A stretch of 41,249 bases of DNA from Octopus bimaculoides (Eukaryota). The notes beneath the pieces were generated by a model. That model was not told where the DNA came from. It did not search any database and saw only the letters and a program-made list of their open reading frames with translations. The stretch spans positions 25,947,220 through 25,988,468 of the forward strand of contig NC_068991.1 of NCBI RefSeq assembly GCF_001194135.2, written 5' to 3'. Within the stretch, counting starts at the first letter, position 1. Every line of letters starts with the position of its first letter. The translations under genes were made by a program, and so were the position numbers. Shown here one piece after another: positions 11,001-23,135 of the stretch.

Positions 11001-13471
11001 AAGTATTAAACTCCTTTTCCAGAACTAGGTTTCTAATTTTGATCGCGGTTTCGATTGAGTATCGAATTTAATGCATTTTGTTAAGTTAAATGAGTCTTCT
11101 TGGTGTGGACACTTGGGCGTTTAATGCGATTTCCCAAAGGAAAATTATTTGACGTTAAAATAATTTCATCCGGCATTGTGACGCTCAGTGAATCTATAAA
11201 TTTTCAACGTTATAACTGCAGANNNNNNNNNNNNNNNNNNNNNNNNNNNNNNNNNNNNNNNNNNNNNNNNNNNNNNNNNNNNNNNNNNNNNNNNNNNNNN
11301 NNNNNNNNNNNNNNNNNNNNNNNNNNNNNNNNNNNNNNNNNNNNNNNNNNNNNNNNNNNNNNNNNNNNNNNNNNNNNNNNNNNNNNNNNNNNNNNNNNNN
11401 NNNNNNNNNNNNNNNNNNNNNNNNNNNNNNNNNNNNNNNNNNNNNNNNNNNNNNNNNNNNNNNNNNNNNNNNNNNNNNNNNNNNNNNNNNNNNNNNNNNN
11501 NNNNNNNNNNNNNNNNNNNNNNNNNNNNNNNNNNNNNNNNNNNNNNNNNNNNNNNNNNNNNNNNNNNNNNNNNNNNNNNNNNNNNNNNNNNNNNNNNNNN
11601 NNNNNNNNNNNNNNNNNNNNNNNNNNNNNNNNNNNNNNNNNNNNNNNNNNNNNNNNNNNNNNNNNNNNNNNNNNNNNNNNNNNNNNNNNNNNNNNNNNNN
11701 NNNNNNNNNNNNNNNNNNNNNNNNNNNNNNNNNNNNNNNNNNNNNNNNNNNNNNNNNNNNNNNNNNNNNNNNNNNNNNNNNNNNNNNNNNNNNNNNNNNN
11801 NNNNNNNNNNNNNNNNNNNNNNNNNNNNNNNNNNNNATATATATACATATATATATATAATGTTTACATGTATAAGCATGCACATAGAATACACATATAT
11901 AGTATATTTATTACTCATTAAATATAATTCGGTACTCATGAAATATTAACTCATTGGTTGTTTGACACATGATATGTTGCAGTTTTCACACTTCTCTTTA
12001 ATATATTCAATTGCTTCCCCTGAGTGATTGATTTCTATTGTTTGTAGTGTGTTTTGCACATAATAATGTATGCATGGGCACAAGATAATAAAATTACATA
12101 AAGCCATCTAGAATATAAAAGTGGATTTGTTGTCTGCCTTCTGGTTTATAAACCACTTAGAATTCATTTGATCAATTCACTAATTTACACTATTGTTTGT
12201 ATAATTCTAATACACGAATGACGGAATTGCTGATCTGAAGAAATAAATTGTTATGCTCATCTCAATGCTAGTAAACATTAATATATGAACAAAAATAAAT
12301 AACCTGATTTTTTTTTAAAGAGATTTCTTTCAGTTCATCTAACAAAATCCTTATTGAACTTTATGTTCACATAGATGTTAAGAGTAAGCGATATGGCTGA
12401 ATCAATAACTTTTGCGAAACATGATTGCTCAGCTTGAAGATCTGACGATCCGCTTGTTCAAGATTGTCTTTGAAAGCTTTCTCAGTTCTAAGAAATCAAT
12501 AATGTTCTATCATTTACCGAGCAACCGAATCTACCTGCCAATACCATCTCTCTCTTATACATTACGTACAGTGAGCCTATTTTTCCTTCCTGTCTCAAAG
12601 TGCTGCTTATAATATCATATATCATATAACGCTGCAAATATCAGCTGTAATTTATTCATAATAATCTCTTTCTATTTCATATGGACAAGTAAATGGTTAC
12701 AAGTCATATAAATTATTTCTAAGATGAAACCAAAATATAACTGGTACTTTGTATAGTCCACGTATTGATGACGGGGAAAAGACGATGCATTCGGCATTAA
12801 TCGAAACAAATATGCGAAGGAATATACAATAAACTATTGGGTCATCNNNNNNNNNNNNNNNNNNNNNNNNNNNNNNNNNNNNNNNNNNNNNNNNNNNNNN
12901 NNNNNNNNNNNNNNNNNNNNNNNNNNNNNNNNNNNNNNNNNNNNNNNNNNNNNNNNNNNNNNNNNNNNNNNNNNNNNNNNNNNNNNNNNNNNNNNNNNNN
13001 NNNNNNNNNNNNNNNNNNNNNNNNNNNNNNNNNNNNNNNNNNNNNNNNNNNNNNNNNNNNNNNNNNNNNNNNNNNNNNNNNNNNNNNNNNNNNNNNNNNN
13101 NNNNNNNNNNNNNNNNNNNNNNNNNNNNNNNNNNNNNNNNNNNNNNNNNNNNNNNNNNNNNNNNNNNNNNNNNNNNNNNNNNNNNNNNNNNNNNNNNNNN
13201 NNNNNNNNNNNNNNNNNNNNNNNNNNNNNNNNNNNNNNNNNNNNNNNNNNNNNNNNNNNNNNNNNNNNNNNNNNNNNNNNNNNNNNNNNNNNNNNNNNNN
13301 NNNNNNNNNNNNNNNNNNNNNNNNNNNNNNNNNNNNNNNNNNNNNNNNNNNNNNNNNNNNNNNNNNNNNNNNNNNNNNNNNNNNNNNNNNNNNNNNNNNN
13401 NNNNNNNNNNNNNNNNNNNNNNNNNNNNGCATTAATCGAAACAAATATGCGAAGGAATATACAATAAACTA

Positions 13472-15033
13472 TTGGGTCATCCATCCCATAAATAATGCGT
13501 TTTTTTTATACTTCTTTTATTCTTCAAAATTAAGATAACAAAATTCTTTTTTAATCTAAAATATACTCCCCTTCATTTTCTACAATGTTTTTCCATCTCT
13601 CTGGTAGACTTGCAAGGCTCCTCTTCTAAAATTCACTTGTCTGTGACAAAAAAAAAACACAACAAAAAAACTCCTCCAGTACTGATCTGACCTCTTCTAC
13701 AGAATTCATATTTTTTCAGTCCAAATGTGTTTGAAGACTGAGGAATAAACTATAATTAGATGGGGGAATGTCAAATATGGTGGGTGGGGCATCGTTTCCC
13801 ATACAAACTGTTCCAGCCTTTGGAATGTCATCNNNNNNNNNNNNNNNNNNNNNNNNNNNNNNNNNNNNNNNNNNNNNNNNNNNNNNNNNNNNNNNNNNNN
13901 NNNNNNNNNNNNNNNNNNNNNNNNNNNNNNNNNNNNNNNNNNNNNNNNNNNNNNNNNNNNNNNNNNNNNNNNNNNNNNNNNNNNNNNNNNNNNNNNNNNN
14001 NNNNNNNNNNNNNNNNNNNNNNNNNNNNNNNNNNNNNNNNNNNGTGGGTGGGGCATCGTTTCCCATACAAACTGTTCCAGCCTTTGGAATGTCATCCTCA
14101 CTGTATGTGGCTGAGAATTATCCTGATGGAAGAACACCTTTCGTCTTGAAACCAAAGATGGTCGTATTCTTCTAGCGCTGACTTAAGTCGCTCAAGCTGC
14201 TCGCAGTAGATCTTCTTTGTTAACGTTTGGTTTTCGTTTAAAATTTCAAAGAGGATAAACCTTTCATATCTCAACTGACAGATAACAAAACTTTATGTGG
14301 GTGAAGAGACTTTTTTAACCTGGGACTCTGGTGTTTCTCCTATCCCTAACCACTGACACCGGCTCTTGTCCTTTTTATAGAGGGCTCATTTCTTGTCACC
14401 AGTCATTATTCTGTTCAAATACGGTTTAGTCGTGAGACGTGACAGCGAAGAAGAGCACACATTCACTCTCTATGCACAGTAAGACTCGGAGAGTTTGTGA
14501 GGAACACGTTGACCCAATTTGCTGACTTTTTCGATGGCACGCTGGTGTCGATGAATGGTTGAATGACCAAATCCAAGCTTCTCTGCTAATTCCTCAACGG
14601 TTATTATGGGATTTTGTTCTACCAGGGTTTGCAGGACGTCCTCGTCAAGCTCTACAGATCTTCCAAGACGAGGCTCATCTTCTAGGCTGTAGTTTCCGGC
14701 TTGGAATTTCTGGAACCACCGTTGACACTTGCTTACGCTTATTGTCTGATCCCCATGTACCTCATTGATTTTCCTCGCACTTTCCGTTGCGTTGGTGCCT
14801 TTATCGAACTCATAAAGCAAAATATGCCGCATATGCTCCCCTTTTGTCACTTCCATTATAACTTTGAAAAGAATAACTGTTAAAATCGAACTGCACTCGT
14901 CAAGACCTTCACTAAGAATAAAATAAAATTCTACCTGCTTGTATAGGAAGTTCATACAGGTAGTTTATTCTGTTCCCCTCCAACTTTTAGTTCATGCAAT
15001 TGAAAAAGCCGCATTATTTATGGGATGACGCAA
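13472..15033 (-). mobile_element. Near full-length decayed mariner (DD34D) transposon spanning a gap
   Basis: TIRs TA-ttgggtcatc(catc)ccataaataatgcg at 13470 and cgcattatttatgggatgacgcaa-TA ending at 15035. Transposase motifs: MEVTKGEHMRHILLYEF, CQRWFQKF, DEPRLGRS, LGQRVPHKL, MTGDKK, HQDNSQPH, HPPY..DIPPSNY. Confidence 0.95.
13570..14856 (-). pseudogene. Mariner transposase pseudogene
   Basis: ORF 14470-14955 holds the N-terminal HTH part and ORF 13706-14155 the catalytic part. They are separated by stops and frameshifts. Confidence 0.88.
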
Positions 15034-16220
15034 TATTTATCGGATGACTACACTGACTGATTTCTGCCTATAAACGAAGAAATTACGAAAACTATCTATA
15101 TAGAAGGTAGAATAATATTTTCTACCACAGACACAAGATTACCCATACTCAGCAAGTGATTCGTCTATCAGAATCACCAAATAATTAACTACCTCTAACT
15201 ATAATAAAATACCAATTTCAGACCTCGAAACCTACCGGCGTAATTTACCGCTCGGTATATAGTAAATTTTACATTGCACGATAGAAAATCCTCACGTATT
15301 TTGCACCGTGAATAGTGTGATACTTGTCATATTAGGCAGGTGGTAATGGTGTCACCCTGTAACTAATATTTAACTAGTATTTTGTTTTATTAATGCCTTG
15401 GACTGGAACAGTACATTCTGTATATACTGTTGAAAGTTTTGTCAAAAATAGTGAAACTGTGAAGATTATTTGCCACAAATTGTAACAAAGAACAAACTCC
15501 TCCATAAATCCTGGCAGAGGGAATATGGGTTCTGGAATTACTGCGTTGTATTTTTGAAATCCAAAATTAAATACAAGACGCTACAAAATTCATTGACATT
15601 AAGTATTACTTTACAGCTCTGTAACAGAAATAGAAATTTTAAAAGTGTTCAATCTACTAAAAGTACGGTTGTTTGAATTTAAGGCTATGGATTTTGAAAC
15701 TCCAAAACAGATGCGTATCATCAAATGCTATCTGAGTAAATTTAAGCAATGCTATTTTTTGTAACCATATCAACAAATGGAAGATATTCTACGCTATGTT
15801 ATATTATAAAATATTCTACACTGTTATAATTATGTTATATTATAATTTTCATAAATGCAATATATTTATGTTAAAATATTAGCAAGTGTAAGTCATGTTA
15901 TATTACAGTTTTAGCATATGTAATCTCTGTTATACTAGTTTTCGTAAATGTAATTCATCTTATGCTGTAATAATAGAAAATGCAAGTTATGCTATGTTAC
16001 AATATTAGCAAACTTAAGCTATTTCACGTCTTAGTATTTGTAAATATATTTCATATATTTAGTTTGCACAAATACTTTTAACTTTATGATACAATATTAA
16101 CAAATAACTGTAAAAGGAGTTGTAACAGATGTGAGTTATACTATCGTATATTCTTGCCAAAGCTCAGAGGGTAACATAAGGGATTCTGATATACCATAGA
16201 TAACATTGCGAATGCCTTCA

Positions 16221-16268
16221 TACAATATAGTATAATATAATACAATATAATATAATATAAATAATATG

Positions 16269-16299
<31 letters not shown>

Positions 16300-16300
16300 T
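16221..16300 (+). repeat. (AATAT)n-like and (TA)n simple repeats
   Basis: Read directly; ends at gap 16301-16373. Confidence 0.9.
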
Positions 16301-16769
16301 NNNNNNNNNNNNNNNNNNNNNNNNNNNNNNNNNNNNNNNNNNNNNNNNNNNNNNNNNNNNNNNNNNNNNNNNNTATATATCTACATATATATATATATAT
16401 ATATGATAGGCGTGTATACAAGCATACATGCACACTCACATATGTACATATATATTATTTTCACTGGTACGTTTTATCACCATGTATGGATTTGATTGAA
16501 ATGGTGTCTTCAGCGTTGTTCAATCAAAACGTTGCACTCGCGCAATAGAAGACAGGAAGTACAGCCGGTCATTTCAGCCGCTGTCTACAAATAATGCATT
16601 TTATATCGCTACACTCAGATGTCATGAATCCCATCACGTATTCATTTGACAACTAGGGATCAAAGTTAGATAAGTGTATTCAAGCTCTTTATTATGCATA
16701 AATATTGATAAGTTTTTAGTAGAAGTAAAAGCATTATATGAAGATATGGAAGGTGAAGATTATCGGAGA

Positions 16770-16842
16770 ATATACATAGTATATTTATATATACACACAC
16801 ATTTATATACATAGTATATTTATATAAAGACACATTTATATA
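16770..16842 (+). repeat. About 35-bp tandem duplication
   Basis: atatacatagtatatttatata...cacattt occurs twice in tandem. Confidence 0.85.
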
Positions 16843-16977
16843 TATTCGCTATGTATATCGATCAAAGTGTAGCTTAAGTCTAAAGATAAAATAAGAACAA
16901 AAACAACGATGAATGTAGTTCAAGCAAATTGAATTATAAAATGAAAGTAAAAAAAAAAACGAAATCCAGAACAATGA

Positions 16978-17020
16978 ATTCTGTTATTAATCTATTCTTA
17001 TATTCTGTTATTAATCTATT
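16978..17020 (+). repeat. 24-bp-period duplication
   Basis: attctgttattaatctatt occurs twice, separated by cttat. Confidence 0.9.
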
Positions 17021-17834
17021 TGATGTAGGGAAAAATACAATCTGGAGATTTTTTTTACACCAACTGGAAGCGTCACTATTTTCTTGATGGCGGTTTTGCT
17101 CGCTAAACAAAAGATTTATAAAGCAATTCATCTACCACATAAATAAATTAATATTCATCGAAAAGCTAGTTTCTCATAACAAAAAAAAAAAAAGACTTAA
17201 GTGTAAGTGTCATATGTTATGCCATCCCCCTTCTTATTGTCTGCGTATAATGTATATCTATCGGACAGTGAATTAGTTAGGCTTTAGCTACCATTCTTTT
17301 GTGTTTCATGGAAGATTCCAGACGTTGCGACCCCGCGTTCAGTATCTCACTCCGTAAATACATATTATGTAATTGAACTGGTATGGTTTAATTACACAGG
17401 CTTGTCAAGTGTGTTTAAATTATACTTAGTTAACAAGCTTCTCTGTGCACCTATTCCAAACGCAGGACAATGATTATCAGTATATTCTTTCGTATTTATA
17501 AAGAGATATAAGGATTGGCAGTAAGCTAAGGAAGATAATAGCAATTTCTGGTTGCAACTGGAATAAACGGCAGTGAGTATCAATTCAAAATAACTAAGAT
17601 AAAAATACAATAGAGAAAAATGAGAGTGTCGTTTGCTGAAATAACCCCCACAAACGCTATTACTGTGAAAGTCGTAATAGTGGAAATTGCATTACACCTA
17701 ACTAACTGATGTAATTCACGAAACGTGAATCTATTTATTATTCAGTAGCTACTTCTATTTCTATTTTCGTGCAAGTCTAATGAATATAACTATAACACTG
17801 AGTTTACCAAATCATTCATTCATTCAATCATCTG

Positions 17835-18320
17835 CTAAAATCGATTCAACTTTACTGATACTATTATTGGTCGATGAAATGAATGTTGTTTAGAAATTAG
17901 AAAATTCATTTCACTTCTTGCATTAGATACACTGAAATTAACCCACCGACGCGATATCCTCTGCATTATTGTAGAGTTTGCTAGAATCAGCAGCCAAATT
18001 TCCTGTAGATCACAGTTATACCGTCTTAAATGTAAGACACATTTGAGAATGTTGTCATTGCAATGTAAAAATAGGAGATGGTAATGGTACAGCCACACTT
18101 GAGCATAAAGAATGTAATTAAACGTGTTAGCCAAAGACATGTACGTGTAACAAAGTGAAGGGACTACTGAAATAAACGATTTTCTAAATTTATTTAGTGA
18201 TACTTTTATCACGACTATTATTTGTTTATTGAGATCTGTTGAGACTGAAATATGCTTTGCGCTTTCTGCATTAAGTTCTCGAATGACTAAAATACCATTT
18301 CTCATTGACAAATATTTTAT
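17835..18320 (-). other. Unassigned ~160-codon open reading frame (possible exon)
   Basis: Longest gap-free open frame not attributable to a transposon. No recognisable domain. Confidence 0.25.
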
Positions 18321-18951
18321 TTAACTCACGGCGTATTAATGAAAGAAAGCAGCGAAATATTTAAGTGACCGAGATCGTCATACGTAGTTGCCATATTAAA
18401 CAAAATTAGCGAGTCGTAAAAAAGTTTGCAGTTTATAAATTTCCTTAATTTCATTTTGATTTATAAATTTATCTGTGTCGATAAAATATTTTCATTATGT
18501 TAAATATTTTATCGATGATGATTAAAATAACGGACTGAGATTATTGATAAATTATGATTAAGAGAATTTAAAGCGTTAGTAATGATAAACCAGTTAAGAC
18601 AATTAGAAATCCCGCATTTTAACTAAAATTCTCTCTGTAAACATAATTTCTCGAGATATTTGATACACAATGACGTTTTCTTTTCCTCGACTTATGCTTT
18701 CGAGATTAACATACTCTAACCGTGTTGAATTATTGAGCTCTAGTAACATGGATATATATAATTAATTGTTCATGGTCGAATATTGTGGTGGTGTATATAT
18801 TCCTGCCTTCTTGGAAGTCTGAGTTGCACTTTCTTTATTGTTGTTGAATATAAATATAGTAGAAAACGGATTCTTTCCATCACTTTGAAACACTTGATGG
18901 CATTTTAATTCTAGGTTTCAACATCGGCACCCAAGTTAAAGTTGCACTCAC

Positions 18952-19224
18952 GCTCAAAGCCCCAACAACAGATCCAATGAAAATTGGAGTTAGCATGCCG
19001 GTTTCTATTGTAATGTACTTATCCAACGAATAAACTGCATAAAAATATATTGCAGCTCTCTCAGATTTCAAACTTAGAAACAATGGAGAGATATCAAACA
19101 CAATGAATAATTTAACAGGTTCAGTCTGTAGCAGACTCAATGTCCATTTATGTGCCACTAAATTATCTGTATTAAAATATTTTTGAGAATTATAAGAAAG
19201 GAATGGCAGTAGTTCTTCGATCCT
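18952..19224 (-). CDS. Candidate 273-nt internal exon (phase 0-0), product unknown
   Basis: Acceptor gtgctttcag|AGG, donor AGC|gtgagt, open 91-aa frame RIEELLPFLSYNSQ...IFIGSVVGALS. No homology recognised. Confidence 0.3.
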
Positions 19225-19301
19225 CTGAAAGCACATGCCTATATTTTACATTGATCTAATGACATGTGAGGGCTTCACATACCACAAGTATACACATACA
19301 T

Positions 19302-19350
19302 GCACACACAGGCGCGCGTGCACACACAGGCGCGCGTGCACACACACACA
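19302..19350 (+). repeat. 18-bp unit (gcacacacaggcgcgcgt) x2 within a CA-rich tract
   Basis: Read directly from the sequence. Confidence 0.9.
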
Positions 19351-19396
19351 TACACAAACATATATAGGTATATAGGCGCGCATCCACTCCTATGTA

Positions 19397-20256
19397 CATG
19401 AGATATGATCAATATATATCCTGACTGTTGCCATAGTAACAAACTAAAGCACACAGAGTAAAGTCCCTTGGCACAGGTTGACCATGGACTCTGTGTGCAT
19501 GTCCACTAAGTTTTAAAGTTGTACCTCACTTCCGCTGTTTACAGCAGTGCTTGGAAGGAACGTGTAGCGTGTCATCGTTGCATTGACCAAGACAGAGAAA
19601 GTTGTCATGGTGATACCTTCTTAGGGGCCTGTGCAAAGTTCTAGAAAGTTCATGGAGAGGAGTGATTGAGCTCTACACAATAAACTAGTGACTCAGACGT
19701 TTCCGAGTTGGCTGAAAACATGTTGATAGTGACGAACGTTCTCGCAACCAGCAGAAATGAGAAAAAAACATTGCAGATGTGCGTGCAGCTGTGAGGGGGA
19801 AATCGTGGAGTCACCATCCGTGAGTTACCAGAGGACGTGCAGATTAGTTACGGTTCAGTTCAGTTCAGTCTATTATCACTGAAGATTTGGGTATGAGACG
19901 CGTGTCTGGCAAATTTGTGACCAAACATCATTCGGGTTTCAGTTGCGGAAGATCTTCATTGTGGTGACAACGATGTAAGCATTTTGAAAACTTTGCATAG
20001 GCACCTGAGTAGGTATTGCCCAAATTTGATTCAGATTCTCTGCTCAACTTTCTCTGTCATAATCAATGCGACGATCACACGCTACACACGTTCCTTTCAA
20101 GCACTGCTGTAAACAGCGGAAGTGAGCTAGTATGGTAAAACTTAATGCACATGCACAGCAGAATTTAAGGTCATTCTGTGTGAAGCGGCTTAACACTACC
20201 TGCTTTAACTTCGTTACTATGGGAACAGTCCGGATACTTATTGAACATACCACGCA
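19397..20256 (+). mobile_element. Mariner-derived non-autonomous element with two 5' ends (long inverted arms of ~215 bp or more), irritans-like
   Basis: 19397-19614 is the inverted complement of ~20045-20256. The left arm runs into a decayed transposase (SDERS..RNEKNIADVRAAV..TIREL..SVQSIITEDLGMRRVSGKFV). The right arm read on the minus strand gives MTEKVEQRI*IKF. The TIR pattern cgtggtatgttcaataagt resembles Hsmar2-type ends. Confidence 0.85.
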
Positions 20257-20931
20257 TGTTTATCACTTTCTCATATTCAATCATAAATATATTAACGTAG
20301 AAATATTGTTGAGTTGTTGTTGACGTGTCGCTTACATATTTCCTGTAGCTATTCGTTATATGACACAGGAAACTGAATGCCAAAGTTAAACTGAATATTT
20401 AAAAGTGTTGCTATCATGTCGATTGCTGAGTGACAATTTTCTCCATGTAGATCGCAATGAACCAGTGATCTGCATTGTGTATTGTGTTCACTTCCATAGA
20501 TCTACATTCTCAGTTCTTATTTAAATGGAAGTTAGCTTGATCTCTCAGATTTGAAGTGAAATATTTGATCTATTTCAGCAACTATAACCTCACCTGTACA
20601 AAGGATAAATGACACTCCATTAATGCCCATCACGCCATTTCCTGCGATCAAGTACTACATTTAATAAACTATAATAGAAACTTTATATATATGAAATTTT
20701 TAAAAATTTACTAATGACGTCTAAATTTATCTTGTTTGTGGTATCAGCAACTCCATAGTCACCCCAATTTGTATTTATATTTCACTTCACTCACTTTCGT
20801 TCTCCCTGTAGTCATGCTACTTCTATTTCTTGCCAGTCATTTTCCGTGTGTGCCCCTATATACCCACACTATTCTCCTCTTTCTTTGAACCCATTGAAAT
20901 TCATGCTTGGACGCACTTCTCTTAAATATTT

Positions 20932-21035
20932 CCACTCACTCACTCACACACGCATTCACTCACTCACTCACCCACTCACTCACTCTCTTACTCACTCACT
21001 CACTCACTCACTCACTCACTCACTCACCCACTCAC
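20932..21035 (+). repeat. (CACT)n tetranucleotide microsatellite
   Basis: Read directly from the sequence. Confidence 0.96.
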
Positions 21036-22135
21036 AGTATTGCGTTATATTATCTATGCTATATTATCCAGTCTGTCCTTTTTTTGACATGATATGTCAT
21101 ATAACAAAGATTCGGCTGTTAATTTTAGCTGCTCGAAAGATGGAGAAGCATCGAAGTATATTTGCCACAATATTAGTTGTTTGTTTTGTTGTTTAGCTTC
21201 AGAATGAGGATGTTAAGAGGTCTATTTCTTTAATCATATTTTTATTTTCTATGTCTGGAATTTCAGATAGGCTTGTTTTTTTTTTTTTTAAGAAAGAAGA
21301 GTGTGATTAGAGAGTGTGGATGCCTCATCGATCACATAATAGGTCCTTTCTAATAGAAAATGTGCGTAAGTACAATTGGCTGAGAATTAGGCTTGATTAT
21401 GTCGGTTTTATTTCTGACTGTACAATGGTATTGTTTATGGCAATCGCATCATAGGCAGGAGAACGGTGTGATGTGTTTTACTCGCTTCAACATTTAGCGC
21501 AATACATCCATGTTTTACCCCTACATTTGGAGCAATTTACCCCTATAATCGAAGTAGGCTGTCTGTTCTCGTATCGCATGCATTAAGTTATTGCAGACTA
21601 AGTATGTTTTCCTATTTCCATACGTGAATGTTTTCGTCCCTTCGACCAAGTTTCCGCATTCAAATTTTAGCCCAGATGCCAGTTTACAGGAACTCCATCC
21701 AAGCTGAAAATTTTACTTTCGTTTCAACTTTGAAATGAGCGTCAAACATAGATCTTACCTTTGTTGGAGGGCCTGCAAAAGCCATGAATATCGTGTCTTC
21801 GTACTCAACAAACCATTTAAAATAAAGAGGAAACTATTCTCTTTTTACTTTTAGTTCTCAGTTCAGATTTTAAATACCGACGTCGTGATTTATTTATCTG
21901 ATGTTGATAAGAAATAGATACCAGTAAGATTATACAAGAAATGGGAAAGTATATATTCCAGTCTGGAAAATATGGCTCTTTGCCTACAACATAAATCAAT
22001 ACTTATCAGCATTTATATACGCATTAGTAATGCGATACACACAGCTGAATTTGAAAATCGAAACGTACAAACATTGATATAAACACACACATATTTTCCA
22101 CACATAATTTACATATAATTTCCACCCACTCGTTC

Positions 22136-22166
<31 letters not shown>

Positions 22167-22167
22167 T
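22136..22167 (+). repeat. (CT)n(CA)n microsatellite
   Basis: Read directly from the sequence. Confidence 0.95.
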
Positions 22168-23104
22168 CTAAGTCTACTTAACCCTTCCATTATTTATATG
22201 TGCGTGTACATTTGTTTGTGTACTTATATATTTTTCTCTCTCGGTANNNNNNNNNNNNNNNNNNNNNNNNNNNNNNNNNNNNNNNNNNNNNNNNNNNNNN
22301 NNNNNNNNNNNNNNNNNNNNNNNNNNNNNNNNNNNNNNNNNNNNNNNNNNNNNNNNNNNNNNNNNNNNNNNNNNNNNNNNNNNNNNNNNNNNNNNNNNNN
22401 NNNNNNNNNNNNNNNNNNNNNNNNNNNNNNNNNNNNNNNNNNNNNNNNNNNNNNNNNNNNNNNNNNNNNNNNNNNNNNNNNNNNNNNNNNNNNNNNNNNN
22501 NNNNNNNNNNNNNNNNNNNNNNNNNNNNNNNNNNNNNNNNNNNNNNNNNNNNNNNNNNNNNNNNNNNNNNNNNNNNNNNNNNNNNNNNNNNNNNNNNNNN
22601 NNNNNNNNNNNNNNNNNNNNNNNNNNNNNNNNNNNNNNNNNNNNNNNNNNNNNNNNNNNNNNNNNNNNNNNNNNNNNNNNNNNNNNNNNNNNNNNNNNNN
22701 NNNNNNNNNNNNNNNNNNNNNNNNNNNNNNNNNNNNNNNNNNNNNNNNNNNNNNNNNNNNNNNNNNNNNNNNNNNNNNNNNNNNNNNNNNNNNNNNNNNN
22801 NNNNNNNNNNNNNNNNNNNNNNNNNNNNNNNNNNNNNNNNNNNNNNNNNNNNNNNNNNNNNNNNNNNNNNNNNNNNNNNNNNNNNNNNNNNNNNNNNNNN
22901 NNNNNNNNNNNNNNNNNNNNNNNNNNNNNNNNNNNNNNNNNNNNNNNNNNNNNNNNNNNNNNNNNNNNNNNNNNNNNNNNNNNNNNNNNNNNNNNNNNNN
23001 NNNNNNNNNNNNNNNNNNNNNNNNNNNNNNNNNNNNNNNNNNNNNNNNNNNNNNNNNNNNNNNNNNNNNNNNNNNNNNNNNNNNNNNNNNNNNNNNNNNN
23101 NNNN

Positions 23105-23135
<31 letters not shown>

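Noticed and set aside
15380-15640. RIYGG (protease activation-like) and 50-70 codon minus-strand frames
   Set aside because: No trypsin-like sequence follows. Several frames are similarly open, consistent with chance.
21290-21365. VIRECGC resembling a TGF-beta C-terminus next to a plus-strand donor
   Set aside because: No upstream cysteine-knot pattern, and all three frames stop before the donor.
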